NCBI RefSeq assembly: GCF_052425735.1
Contig: NC_135758.1
Span: 45,818,001 to 45,882,000 of the forward strand
Reading direction: 5' to 3'
Source: Oculina patagonica
Lineage: Eukaryota
Length of the DNA: 64,000 nt
The position numbers and the translations under genes were made by a program. Below, piece by piece: positions 11,871 through 24,627 of this stretch (the stretch's first letter is position 1; each line of letters begins with the position of its first letter). The notes under the pieces were generated by a model, which did no database searches, was not told the DNA's origin, and worked only from the letters and a program-made list of their open reading frames with translations.

Positions 11871-13411
11871 GCAGAAATGAATGTATGTATAAGTTTACAA
11901 ATGCCGAGTTGCATGTGGGGTGGAAGAATTAAAATAACTGACATGTGCACTGGTGCTTACCGGTACTTATCATTTGTAAAGTTCCATGCAATCAAAAGGC
12001 TCACTTTAGTGTTCAAAAAGATAAGAATCAGTGCACGGTGCAAGAGAACATTGTAGAATAAATGGACTGTAAAACAAATTGTAGCTGGTCATACATTTGC
12101 ACATAGCAACACATAACAATATTTGTTGTAACAAGATGGGCCAAGGCAAATGGAAACAGCTAAAGCCTGGCTACTGATTTGCATCATGTTACTGGTTAAA
12201 ATAATAAAGTACCTTTGAATTTCTGGAACAGAACTCAAGGTCTTGTTGGAAGGTACCCTACATATAGCATTTCCTCTGCGAAAATAAAAATAAATTGCTT
12301 GAAATGAAAGACGTTTGAGTTCTTCCATCATATGTTCGAACAACAATGCCCAGAATAAACCTTCTACTCATACTTCATGCAAAATAGTCGGTATCTTGAA
12401 GAGATCTTTGATTTGTAAATGGAATGAACTATGACGTTTAGTTGCCTTCATAAATCTTGAACGCCTTTCGTCCTCTCTGCTTTTTTTGAATTCATTAAAT
12501 GATAAGGATTTCATGTCGCCTGCTGGTGTACTTATAATACAAAAAAAAATTCGAAGCTCATTCTTACATTGTACAGAAACAAAGTATTATCAGGGCCTAC
12601 CGTTTAAGTCCATCCCACAGCTGTGACAGAACTTTCCATTTTTTACCACTTTTGCCCGACAACCCTGGCAAAACACCATGCTGCCGACAACAACGAAATC
12701 TAAAGAAAGAAGACAACTGCTAAGAGACATGGTGGAAACGGCGGAAACAGTCAGGCACTAGTGCCCGGTGCCCACCCAGATTAATGCGCGCGCGCAGGTT
12801 TGAATTTTCTAGGGAAGCGTCTGAGTCGTCCCCAGTTGTCTTCATACAGCACATGGCAAAGATACAGCGGAGGGATAGCAGCGGAAGCGGTCAATTTTTG
12901 GTATCACTCCCAACCATAGTCAAGACCGCTTACAACCGGAGTGAGATCACTCCATCAAAAAAGTCTGATCGCTCCAAACAATAGTCCGATCGCTCCATGT
13001 AAATAATAGTGTAAAGTTTAATGATTTTCAGTTTAAGGGTGTTGAATACTTAAGCTTACAACAGATCGATCAAGACGATGGAGTTCTCAACTTCGCTTGG
13101 AACGTTCGATTACAGTGTATACTTAACGTAGACCAGTGTGTCATTTTGCTGTTTGTTTCGTCGTTTCATGGGGCTCAGGTGGTATAATATGTTTCGGGTG
13201 TCCTGTGCGGCACGTGCGCAAAATCTGTCGATTTTTGACATCACCTAATAAACTGCCAAAAATGGTAGTATGTTTTTTAGATTATTACACACGAAAGCAA
13301 GTTGAAAAGTAAGTTGTTTATATTTTTTAACAATGCCAACTTTTTAGTGGACTGCGCGTGGTAAATGTGATAACATATCTATTGTTTATACTTGTGACTT
13401 TGCTGTCGCAG

Positions 13412-14390
13412 ATCCTACAGACCTGGAGTTCGAGTTAGAAACCAACCACATCCCAAATGGCTTTCTTCAGTCCGATCTTCGAGTTTGTGCTCGCCGCCAT
13501 CTGATGTTCGCCACCGACCAGCACCTGGCCAAATCAAAGAATTGGTACGTGGACGCCACCTTCGAGTTGTGTCGCCATCCCTTCAAGCAGCTCCTTACAG
13601 TGAATGCGTTCATGAAACAGGACGACCACGCTAAGCAGGTGCCCCTGCTGTTCGTCATCATGTCGGGAAAGCTGGAGAAAGTCTACAAAGAGGTCTTCAA
13701 GCAGTTCAACCCACAACCCCAGCAGTACGGCGAATTACCATCGACTTCCAGAGCGCGGTTTGGGCAGCCCTTAGAGACGTCTACCCCAATGTCAAACTTC
13801 AAGGCTGTGTTTTCCACTGGACTCACGCCCTGTCGAGAAAGGTAAGATTTCACACATGACACTTCGCATCCAAGTATACGTATTGCAATATTTCAAAATA
13901 TTAACTTGCTAAGTTAACATTTTGTTATGTCGACATACGGCTGCTGGGAACCGAAACAAAACATGTCATTGAACTTAGTTTTGGAAATTGCTTATATCGT
14001 GTTACTTTTATTTACTAGGTGCAGGCATTAGGACTTCAGTTCGAGCATCTTCAACGAGGAGTGGAGACCCCGGCCCTTGTGCAGTTCGCTAGCTACATCT
14101 TCACTACGTGGATCAATGGAGCCATTTGGAAACCTACCGACTGGACAGTCTTCGATCAGCCGGTATGCACAAACAACGACTTAGAGGGATGGCATCACAG
14201 CCTTAACTGTACAGCAGGTGGGCGCGGACAACTGCTACTGTATGTTCTTACAAAGAAGCCGTGCAGACTGGCATCCAGAAATATCGCGACTTGCAAGCCA
14301 AAATCTTTGACCTATGGGACAAGTACGAGGCAGACGAAAAGACGGCCAGACAGCTCCTCAAAGCCTGTTCCTCCTTGAATGGTCTAGTGT
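13412..14390 (+). pseudogene. MULE (Mutator-like) transposase remnant with an intron at 13842-14018
   Basis: WYVDATF, QVPLLFVIMS, DF...GCVFHW and TNNDLEGWH motifs; AAG|GTAAGA donor and TTTACTAG| acceptor; frameshifts present. Confidence 0.85.
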
Positions 14391-15128
14391 AAACAGCATT
14401 CCAGCAGCTTCAGTACACAAACACACAAACAAACAGCTTCTTTAGGAGCCACCAAATAAAATAAAAGCAATGACCAACAAGTACCCAATTTTTTTAATGC
14501 TTTAATTTAAGATTGTCCATTTCTAAACGGAATCAAACTCTGGCCTTAGAAGGACTGGGTTAAAGTTCGATTAGAAATGGCCGATCTTTATTTACAGTGG
14601 GAATGGTTGTGTCTGACCAGGCGTGGTCAATCGATAGAAATCGATATCGGAAATCAATCGATACAATCGATAACTATCGATATCAATCGGTGATTGATAT
14701 CGATTGAAATCGGTAATCGATAACAATCGAACTCACAGAAAAAAATTATTATCGATTGTTATCGATTGAGAAAATCGATAAAAATCGATAGCAATCGATA
14801 ACAATCACTAATCCCAAGGAGCCTCTGGAGGTGTATTCGTTTCAAACATATTCTAAAGATGGCGTTACTATTTAATCGGGCGTGGCCGATTTATAGTTTA
14901 CCCTTTGGTCGTCCTAGAGCGTAGTCTCCTGGCGCGGCCAAAAAGACGGGGATAGCTTGGGGTTGCTACAAAACCGCTCCGGGTGACGCATACCGCAATG
15001 GTTTTCATTTTAGTTTTGACAGGAAATCGTTGCAGGCACACTTGGTCGACTTTTGGGTTAATGTGTAATAAGGTTGTGTTTTTTTGCTTCGGCGGAAGGA
15101 CAGAGAAAAAAGCTTACGGGGCAAAGTA

Positions 15129-16181
15129 CAGTATGGGGCCCAGTTCTCGGCCACTTTTAACGTAAACTTGTATTTCTTACCTCAGAAGAACCGCAGAAAC
15201 TTGAAATTTCTCCCAGAGCTAGCTACATTATTCAGCTTTTTGGTGTAAAGCTATCGACCGGTCAAAAATTAATTTGCCCGAGCAATAATAAAAATAAAAG
15301 CTCCATTTGTGGGCCCAGTTCTCGGCCACCTTGGCCCAGTTCTCGGCCACTAAAAAGCTTGTGCGTAATTATCTGTAAAAAAAATGCTCAATTAATTTTC
15401 ACAGTCATAAAATCACTCTGTAAACCTATTTATGTTATATCGATCCCAAATTATTTTTATGAGGCTTTGTTTTACTTTAGAAAAGAAGGATTTTAACGCG
15501 CCTAGTTGCCTATGTGCAGGTTCTGGCAAAACCGCATTGTGTGACCCGTGCATTTAGATGGTTTATTTTGCAGTGAAAAGGTCTTGAAAGATTTAGGTGT
15601 TGTAGAAATAATAGACAAGACAAGAGTCAGCTAAAAACTTAGAGATAAGATTGAACTTTAGTTTTAAAACATTCATTTCTTTCATTCTGGCAGCAGCAGA
15701 TGAAATTATGTTAAAAACCAAGCGCTAAGCTGTGATAGCGAGCAGGGTGGCCGAGAACTGGCAAATACGCAAACGTCGCAAGAAAAAATTTCGAAGTAAA
15801 TTAAGACCAAAAAATACAACGGTTCAACGAAAAGTTAACTAAAGCAGAAAGCTGAATTATTCTACGTTTCACACGCCAAAAATTAGCTCGTATGGTGGGG
15901 GCTTTTGGATAAAATACGAATTTAACTACATCCATGAATTTTAAGGAGCCGTAAACAAACAAATTTTTCGGGAATGCAAATTCACCTACCTCCGCGTAAA
16001 CTCGACGTGTGAGCTTTCTATATCGAATTGAACGATCAAACTCAAGATACTTAAAGCACATGAATCAGTCTATCGTTTGAAGGTAATACCTTTTTCTTTT
16101 AATTCAACTGGAGTGTGAAAAAACGCGTTAAACACAAAGTGGCCGAGAACTGGACCCGGCCGAGAACTGGGCCCCATACTG
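15129..16181. mobile_element. Tc1/pogo-type MITE
   Basis: TIR cagtatggggcccagttctcggcc, TA TSD, internal repeats of gcccagttctcggcc. Confidence 0.9.
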
Positions 16182-17793
16182 TACTGATTTTCACCATTGT
16201 GAAATTGCACTTACTTTGACAAGTTAAAGTTATTTTTGTAGATGAAAAAGGTAACGTCCTTGATGTCACGCAGTGTTTTTTTTAGCAAACTAGATGGTTT
16301 ACTGGTTTCTGACTATGAATGGGGGTGTGATCTTGCGGTATATTTTTTGAGCCTGACTCCGCCGTAAAACTTTTTTTTTATTTAGCAAGAACTGTGTCGA
16401 TTTTCATTTCTGAACAATTGGTCGTCAAGTTGTTTGTCACAAAGAGTAGAATGTTTGTACAGCATGTTTTGGAATTATTTTAGATTTGGTTAGTAAGACG
16501 CTTCTGAAGACCTGAGCAAAACATTGGGAATGTACAGTATTAATAGGAACTTGAATGGAATTTTTCACAAGTTGGATTAAGGTATCAACTGAAAAAAATG
16601 GACTTCAAAATGAGAACTTGGATTTTGTTGTAATTAAATTTTATCGCGGATTGGATGCATAATATCACGGCTTTGAAAGTCTTCAAATAATTAGAAAGGT
16701 TCCTTTCTTCCTTTTGATCTTATTGTTATTTTCGTGTATTGATTATTCGAAAGTGGTTTTCGTTGATACGAAAAAAAAAACGGGTTTTCACTGAATTGCT
16801 TGAAGTATTTTTAGACGTGATAATATTGGCTTAATCAAATTACATTGTGCACGAAATATTTGTTATTCTTCTGTCTTGAAACTTGAGGAAATTGAAATTT
16901 TTGTTTGACAGTAGTGTATGAAAGGAATTTTATAGAACTGAATAAAAAATAAAAAACATTGATAAAGGTTATTTCAAAGATTTATTTTGCCTGATTTTGA
17001 AGGTCTTCAGGAGTTTTAAAGAGTGCTGGTAAACGGCTGTATGTTGTTTGTGATTACGGATCTTATTTAGTTTCGAACGCTCTAATTTTTGAAAGGTTAA
17101 AACAGGTTAAAACCGGGCGGTTTCATAAGTTTTTTGGGTATAAAGGTACGGTGGTGGTAAAAAAAAAATGTTTAGAAAGGAATGACTGTAGTAGCACGTA
17201 AGTCGGAGGTTTGCGTGAGTCACGGGGTATAGTATGCGTGAGCTGGATTTCCGGCGTCATAACGGCATGTTTTGTTTACTGAAAGATACACTCGACGTTT
17301 AGTTAGCTTAGTCGGCTTGGGAAACTATTTTGAAAATGAATGTTGTAATAGTTAATTAATAGTAATCTAGAATTAACCCACTCTCGATTGGAGTCTGTTC
17401 TGGATTCGCGCTACCTTTTCGCCGCGAAGGAATTTTGTAAAATTTCGCTAGTGGAAAGAGGTACTGTAAGAACAGTATCAATAACTCAAAAGGAGGAACT
17501 TCTTTGTAGCTCTGAATTAAGACGTATGATAAAATTTTAGAATAAGAAACTTTCGATATATGGTTTTCATATTTCAGTAGTGTAAGGCCGCATTTGCATT
17601 ATCATATATATGGTTTTCATATTGTTTTTGTCAATTTCCTTTTGTGGCAGATTTTTTGAGAATCAGCTTTTCTTTCGTGTGATGACAGACACAGGACAGA
17701 ACAAGAGGTGGATGAGAAAGATGCCGAAGATGAATAGGCACCGAAAAACGACAAGAACCGTCAAGGACTTATCTTAAGAGGGCGGGGAGTTTT

Positions 17794-18769
17794 GGCATAC
17801 TGTATTTCGAGGACTGGACTGGACTAGTAAAACGCGGACTAGTAAAACGCGGACTTGTAAAACGAGGACTAGTATAACGCGGACTAGTAAAACGCGGACT
17901 TGTAAAACGCGGACTAGTAAAACGCGGACTAGTAAAACGCGGACTTGTAAAACGCGGACGGACTAGTAAAATGCGGACTTGTAAAACGCGGACTTGTAAA
18001 ACGAGGGCTTGTTAAGCACGGACTTGTAGAACGCGGACTTGTAAAACAAGCGCTTGTAAATATAAATATAAAACTAAACGGTTTAGCGAGCGAAACAATT
18101 TGTGTTTGAAGCTTTTGTGTGTTTCTTCGACGGCATATTTCTAGCTTTTTTGAGCACTCTATGGTCTGTTTTAGCGTGGAGATGTTTTTGCAGTATAGCA
18201 CATGTTCGTTCTGCAAACCCCTACTAAAACAACGGGATTGATGCTATGAGTTGTGTGCATATGTTTCTTTATTTCCACTACTTGACGTCTGTTGAATGCA
18301 GTCGTTTGTATTGCTCGCACGAGGAAGAACGGGGCCCGTCCAGAAATCAACAGTCAATGGTAAATAAAGGTGACGGGCCTACACGACTCCTACGTTCGTG
18401 ACATTAGAATATTTGCCGTTAAATGTTTAAATTCGGTCTTTCGACCTTATTTGCCTCTGACTTCTTTCTGAGGGTACTGTTTTAATTTGGGGGCAGTATG
18501 TGGTAAATAAAGGTGACGGGCCTACACGACTCCTACGTTCGTGACATTAGAACATTTGCCGTTATATGTTCAAATTCGGTCTTTCGACCTTATTTGCTTC
18601 TGACTTCTTTCTGAGGTTACTATTTTTTTGAGACATTATGTATTGAAGAGAGCCGTAAGATAATTGTGGCCAAGGAAGTGTCTAGAGGCGTTTTACAAGT
18701 CCGCGTTTTACTAGTCCGCGTTTTACTAGTCCAGTCCAGTCCAGTCCAGTCCGCGAAATACAGTATGCC
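17794..18769. mobile_element. MULE-like non-autonomous element with 15-bp subterminal tandem repeats
   Basis: TIR ggcatactgtatttcg; 10-bp TSD ggggagtttt (17784-17793, 18770-18779); (ggactagtaaaacgc)n arrays; internal ~125-bp direct duplication (~18358 and ~18501). Confidence 0.88.
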
Positions 18770-20217
18770 GGGGAGTTTTAGTATAGACAAAAACGTCTGC
18801 AAGTCCCCAAACACGAAGTCTTTCTATGCAGGCTGAATTCTTTTTTGGTTAAACCGGCGGTCATGTAGGTCTACAGAGATGCATATGAAAATTCGTAGCT
18901 GAGCAGCAATTAGTGAGAGGTATTTCAGGGATCTCTCGGAATTTTTGGCGCGTGGGATCAGCGATTAGAATCTGAGACGTCCATGGTGGGGGATGGAGGT
19001 AGGGGATGAATTGGGCCTAAAAAGAGTCACGTTTGATAACAATTAAGAGGTGGGGGGCGGGAGATAGAGTCGAGGTCTGGGACCGAATAGTCATGTTCCG
19101 ACAACTTGTGCCCAGAACAGGTGGTTTATTTTGCGGGCGCATGAAGCGCGATACAGCGAGCGCGAAGTGCGAGGGCGAGCGTGAAGCGCGGAAAACTTGC
19201 AATGCGATCAAGTTACGATTTCATAAAGCCTTCATCAATTGCTATTACAGTAATGGTATGAAACAAATGTTCAATCATTCATCAACAAGTTGTGATCATT
19301 TTCTTGACAATAGTAGTTCCCCGGTAAACAGTTGTAGTACTGTCCCATCAAAGTGCAATGGCTGGAAAATACCGAAAAGCACACGACCTTCAGGTGAAAC
19401 CGCACCTTACAGTATTACCAATACACTGCACTTTGCTAAGTCTTAAAACTTTACATTTTCTAGTCGTCTACTTCAATCGTTTATTTGTATTGTGTGAAAT
19501 ACATTTATAAATTGAAACCATCATGTCATTAAGTAATAATGCAATCTCGACAACGTTCTAGATATTATATTATGCACACTAATACAGCTCATGCAAGCCC
19601 TGTGACTTACACAAACACAGTCGGACTGAGTGCTACTTAAGTAACTGCTTCGTGGTTTCTGCTGTACTGACCTGCCTTTCAAGGCAAAGCGCCCGATTTT
19701 AAGCTTCTCAAGCTTCTCAATGTTCTTGTTAGTAAAACAATACGAGACCTGCGTTAAAATGGTGAAACATTTTATTAATTCAGCATCTAGTCCTGCCGAA
19801 GTCCAGCCTGGGGTCCAGGCAGAATGTTCATCAAGATTCTCGCGGTTTGGGGCTCTAAAATATTTTAACTAGTCCATTCAACCCAGGCAGCGCTCAGAGC
19901 GCTGTCGATTGCATCTCCTTTATGCCTCGCGTAGGTGAAAGTTCAACTCGATCCTCAGTATATGCACGGACATTGTAGCCCTCCAGACCGATTCCAACTT
20001 TTTGCTTCATACAATGTATTAATCAATGACGTTGTTATAGCGAGACTAGAGGGTTGCGGACCGCTACTTTGGGCGCAACTTCTTCTTCTAATTTTGGATC
20101 GCGCTGGAGTATCAATATTGTTCATGTTCTTTTAGTACAAGCTTGGTAATATTTGCATTACATATCCACGATTGAAGGACTCAATAGACCCAGAAAGCAA
20201 CATCGTGTCCATGTTAA

Positions 20218-20498
20218 GAGCAGTTTTCAATTGAGTGTCGTAAAACCAAAACCAAAGTAATTACTCTGGCCAATCACAAAAGGCACAAACAATCCAGTGA
20301 ACCAATCAAAACTCAAAGCAAATACATGTAGCCGGCACGAAGCGCGGGAAAACGTGCGTGAGTGAGTCACGATTGGTTTTGGTTTTAGTGTTGATTGGCT
20401 GAAAAAGTGGCGCGAGATTTTTAAGCCAATCACTAAGCGTAGTAATTCAAAACCAAAGCAAACGCAATTTACTTTCGACACTCAAGTGAAAACCGCTC
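20218..20498. mobile_element. PIF/Harbinger-type MITE
   Basis: TIR gagc(a/g)gttttca(a/c)ttgagtgtcg with TAA TSD. Confidence 0.85.
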
Positions 20499-20962
20499 TA
20501 ACATGTAGAAATTGACGCAAATAACTTCCGATAAAAATCGATAACAATCAATAAAAATCGATAAACCAATCCTTATCGATTTCCGATGTCAATCGAACTC
20601 ACAACTTTTTTTCCTTATCGATTCCTATCGAGTGGTATCGGAAATCGATATCAATCTTCGATTGATATCGATTGTTATTGATTGTTATCGATTATCGGTT
20701 TATCGATTGACTACGCCTGGGTCTGATGACGCGTCGATATTGTGTTTTATACCATGCCATAGAAAATACAGCCAATCAGAATACAGGAAAGGCGTTGTAT
20801 ATTTGACGGTATTCAACCCAACCTTCCCATCGTGCGCTGCAATCTTATTCTCGATGAAATTTAGTGAGCGTATTTTCTATGGCATGGTATAAAATAGTTA
20901 CACAACACTTTCTCGTGGTATACTATGGAATATCCCACGAGTCACTTGTATTTTCTTTGTAT

Positions 20963-22211
20963 CATAGGCGTACGGGCTGGGGGGGCAGGGGGGGCTGCAG
21001 CCCCCCCAAATTTTGGGCAACACAGATTTTTTGGGCAGCAAGAGAAATTTGGGCAAAGCCAGTTTTTAAGAAGTTTTTTTTTCGAAGTTTTAACCTGAAG
21101 TCGGCGTGTTAAAGCCAGTTCAATTCACAGATTTTAAATTCTTTTACTGTTGGGCACTGTACTGCAAATCTCTGTCACAGTGATAAAGACAGTTTTTCCA
21201 CGTTGCTAAATTTTACAAAATCGACAGCGAGATTCTGGAAGCCGAGTAAAAATGATGTGCGTGAGTTTTCGTAATGTGCGCGGAATAGGCTATATGACTG
21301 TTTTAGAAATGCAAAATGAGAGAATGATATATTTGCTAAGTTTTCAGCAGGGTTGTTTTCAGAGTTTTTTTACGTGGTTCATATCCATGCAGTGATACAT
21401 CGTGTTCTGCTGAACGATCATTCAGTGCATTGCGCAGATTGAAAACTTACCGCTGCAGCACCTGATGGGGCAACAACGTGTCAGTAAGGCCAAGTTAAAA
21501 AACAAATGTTTCTCGTTCCGCCCGTTTCATTTTTTGGGCAGCCTCTTTTTTTTATTATCTGTTTTTGGAAAAGCTAGAACGAACAAAAACCAACACTATT
21601 TACTTGTACTTTGTACGGAGTAAGGTATGGCTTTTGTCTGCCTTTTAATTCAAACTAAGGCCAAAAACTTTAAATCGATCCTTGTTACGCTAGGTCCCTA
21701 TTGGATAGGTCAATTACCTTGCAGGATTTATTTTGTAAGTTCGCTTCTGGCCTGAAAAATTTGACGAGGGAGGAAAAAATCGATATTCGAACAACACACG
21801 TATCGCTACGACAAGATAATAAATAATTAAAAAATAACAAAAAACGCGCCCGCCCGCTCTCTTTTTTTTTTACAGAAATCCGAACGAGAAACATTTGTTT
21901 GTTTTTTACTTAAATTTTTACGTGTAATCGCAGTTATACTCTTTTTTTTTATTATAAGAATACAGTTTTTCCGACCCAGGCTGAATATTCTTATTTTTTG
22001 CCGATTTTAGGCTTAAATATTCTTATGAACATTCTTAGTAAATACGGTAATCAATTACAAGTGTTTGGTGTCCAGATGTGTATTATGTTACATTGTGCAC
22101 ATGAACGATTACTTTTCGTTGCAGCCTGGCCGTTTTGGCTTTAAACATAGCATTCCTCACAAAGATAAAGTGACGGAAACGATAATACCTGATTTTGTTT
22201 CAACTAAAAAC

Positions 22212-22244
<33 letters not shown>

Positions 22245-22623
22245 TTCTTAAAATATTCTTAAAAATTCGCAAATTTCAGCCTCGATATTCTTATAAACTA
22301 GATTCTTAGAAAATAAAAAGAGTGTATTAGCATTTATTGGTATATTCAAACTCTGTAGTCAACAATAACATGGATCGCATTGTAGATATCTACGGCCGTC
22401 GAAATGCTAGAGGCAGCTATTTCTTTTAACGTGTTTTATGAGCTCATATCATAGATTCTTATGTAAGGATTTTTCACTTCATTTGTAAGCCTATGTTAGT
22501 GCATCGTATGACCCTCAGTCGTTTCCTCTTGACTGTTTCGAAAAAAATTGGGCAACTTGCGATAATTTTTTGGGCAAATATCTCACCGCCCCCCCCTGGC
22601 AAAAAATTGCCCGTACGCCTATG
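20963..22623 (+). mobile_element. hAT deletion derivative with dimerisation-domain remnant; contains two nested MITEs (~21486-21915 and ~21935-22327)
   Basis: TIR cataggcgtacgggc; 8-bp TSD ctttgtat; remnant SCSAERSFSALRRLKTY at ~21400. It is inserted into the centre of a hairpin-type repeat (20915-22705). Confidence 0.88.
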
Positions 22624-22762
22624 CTTTGTATACACACTCGCCTAAAGGCTCGTGTGTATACTGAGAAAATACAAGTGACTCGTGGGATATTCCGTAGTAT
22701 ACCACTCGAAAGCGTTGCATAACTAGTATGTATAGATCAGATTCCCGGATCAGATTCTATAC

Positions 22763-23027
22763 AAGCAAAGATTAACGTTAAAAGCCGACGTTTCGGCGTC
22801 ATCGTGACACCATTCTCAAGGCAAAGTGAATAAATAATGCGATTTCAGTTTCTATAGTCTCTACGAATTAACATAATAACAAAGGATCACAAATTCTTCA
22901 AGAGAGACTATAGAAACTGAAATCGCATTATTTATTCACTTTGCCTTGAGAATGGTGTCACGATGACGCCGAAACGTCGGCTTTTAACGTTAATCTTTGC
23001 TTGTTTATGCTTTAAGAAATCATTATT
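22763..23027. mobile_element. Minimal PLE-derived insertion: two inverted pLTR copies with hammerhead motif
   Basis: 102-bp inverted arms (22761-22862, 22903-23004); 15-bp TSD gatcagattctatac; motif GCC-TTGAGAA-T-GGTGTCA-cga-TGACGCC-GAAA-C-GTC-GGC. Confidence 0.8.
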
Positions 23028-24069
23028 GATCAGATTCTATACCTGTAGAATCACCAGAAACTCGATGGAAAACAAACAGTAAATTTAATGTGCTCGTCCG
23101 TTACAGAGCCATTTGAGTTTGATCGTAGCACGAGTCAAGTTAGAGCCCGAGTCAACTTCGAGTCACGAGTCAAGTTAAATTTCTTTTTTTTTTTTGCAGT
23201 TTTATTTTTAATTGCTGTGTAAAAATTATATACGTACCGGAGGTATAAGAACAGCAAGATTTAGTCATTTGACCTTTTCTTTCAGTTTCACTGTCGATTG
23301 CGACAGTTTAGTCCTGCATTTGTTCGCAGCTGCTTTTCAAACGTTCCTCGGCATTCATAATAGATTTTCCTCACAGATTCCTACCTGTATTAATTACACA
23401 CAGCGAGGCAGAGGTTCCATTTCAACAAGAAAGCGTGAAAATTGACGTGAAGTTCAAAAATATTAGCCCTTCTTGACTCGAGCGCCATCTTGTTTATCCA
23501 TAGGGATCCCATACAAGAAATGAAAGGGTGACCCTATTTGGTGGAATGGAGGAATGACGGAACGGCACGGCGGAATGGCGGAATACCCTAAAACGTGGAA
23601 TGACGGAAAATCCTAAAACGCGGAATGACGGAATATCCTAAAACGCGGAATTGTGAAACATTAAAAAAAGAAGCAACAACAGCAAAAAAAACAAACAAAC
23701 AAAAGGAAAATTATACATGCTTATTTTCTCAGACGACGATTAAGGCTAAGAATGATTCAGGTACTTTAACTTGTGGATATTCGTCGCTGTGACAGAAAAG
23801 CCAACTTGTTTACAGCGGCTGCTAGCAGTAGAAAACCAGAAAACAGTAAATATAACCCATAGACGAAGGGTTCTTTATATATCTTCTTAATCCTTCGAAG
23901 AATACTCGAGTGATCGAGGGAGGATTTCGTTATTTTACAGAGTTCTTGTCCCGCTCGAGACAATGAACGTATCAAGCCGAAGTACGCTAACGAAGCCGTT
24001 AGAGAGAAAACGAAAGGGCCTGAAATTAACTGAGTTTGTACTGAGAAATTAAAAAAAAAAAGGAAATCC

Positions 24070-24170
24070 ACAACAAGGGGTTTCCAGATGGTCACCCATC
24101 CAAGTACTAACCCCGCCCAACAGGGCTTAACTTTGGCGATCGGATGAGAACCGTTGTTTTCCATGTGGTA
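24070..24170 (-). pseudogene. 5S rRNA-derived sequence (diverged)
   Basis: Minus strand reads ataccac...ggttctcatccgatcgccaaagttaagc...ggttagtacttggatgggtgacc, matching the 5S A-box and C-box regions. Confidence 0.85.
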
Positions 24171-24302
24171 TCAGAAAGAGCGCGTAAATCAGCTTATAAC
24201 AGTGTAAATCCACTTAGATCATCGTTCAAAAGATCCATTATAACCAGGTGTTTCTGTTCTTTATTTCCATGACTCTTGTAAGTCTTTGCTTCGTCTGGGA
24301 CT

Positions 24303-24349
24303 GATACCACAAGGAAAGCACTGGTTCTCGTCTGATCGCCAAAGTTAAC
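24303..24349 (+). pseudogene. 5S rRNA 5'-half fragment
   Basis: gataccacaaggaaagcactggttctcgtctgatcgccaaagttaa. Confidence 0.7.
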
Positions 24350-24627
24350 TTATATACCCCCCTCTTTTAACTGGTCCGCTGCACGGTTACACGCATTCGG
24401 CTGCAGGTATAACTGTCGAAAAGAAAAAGAATTTCCGTTTAAGGCTTCTTTTAAGTCTGCTTTAAGTCTAAGATCTTCTTCAATCTTCAACTGTTGTGAA
24501 CTTATCTCTAATCAATAACAACGGACACCCAGCCAACTTTTTTCAGGGCTTTTCTTTTGTAATTTAGGAAAGAAAATCTGTAACGGTTCAGCCCCAATTT
24601 CTTTTTAAAAATGGTTTTTATTTGACT

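Larger units (their letters stand above)
14617..20720. mobile_element. Non-autonomous TIR element (hAT-like) with ATCGAT-rich subterminal arrays; hosts three nested MITEs
   Basis: TIR ccaggcgt(g/a)gtcaatcgata at both ends, flanked by direct repeat gtctga (14611-14616, 20721-20726). Confidence 0.85.

Noticed and set aside
17810-18060. Repetitive 'FTSPR' protein
   Set aside because: This is the translation of the 15-bp subterminal tandem repeat of a MULE-like element.
24070-24170. Functional 5S rRNA gene
   Set aside because: The terminal helix I sequences are missing or diverged and there are many substitutions.
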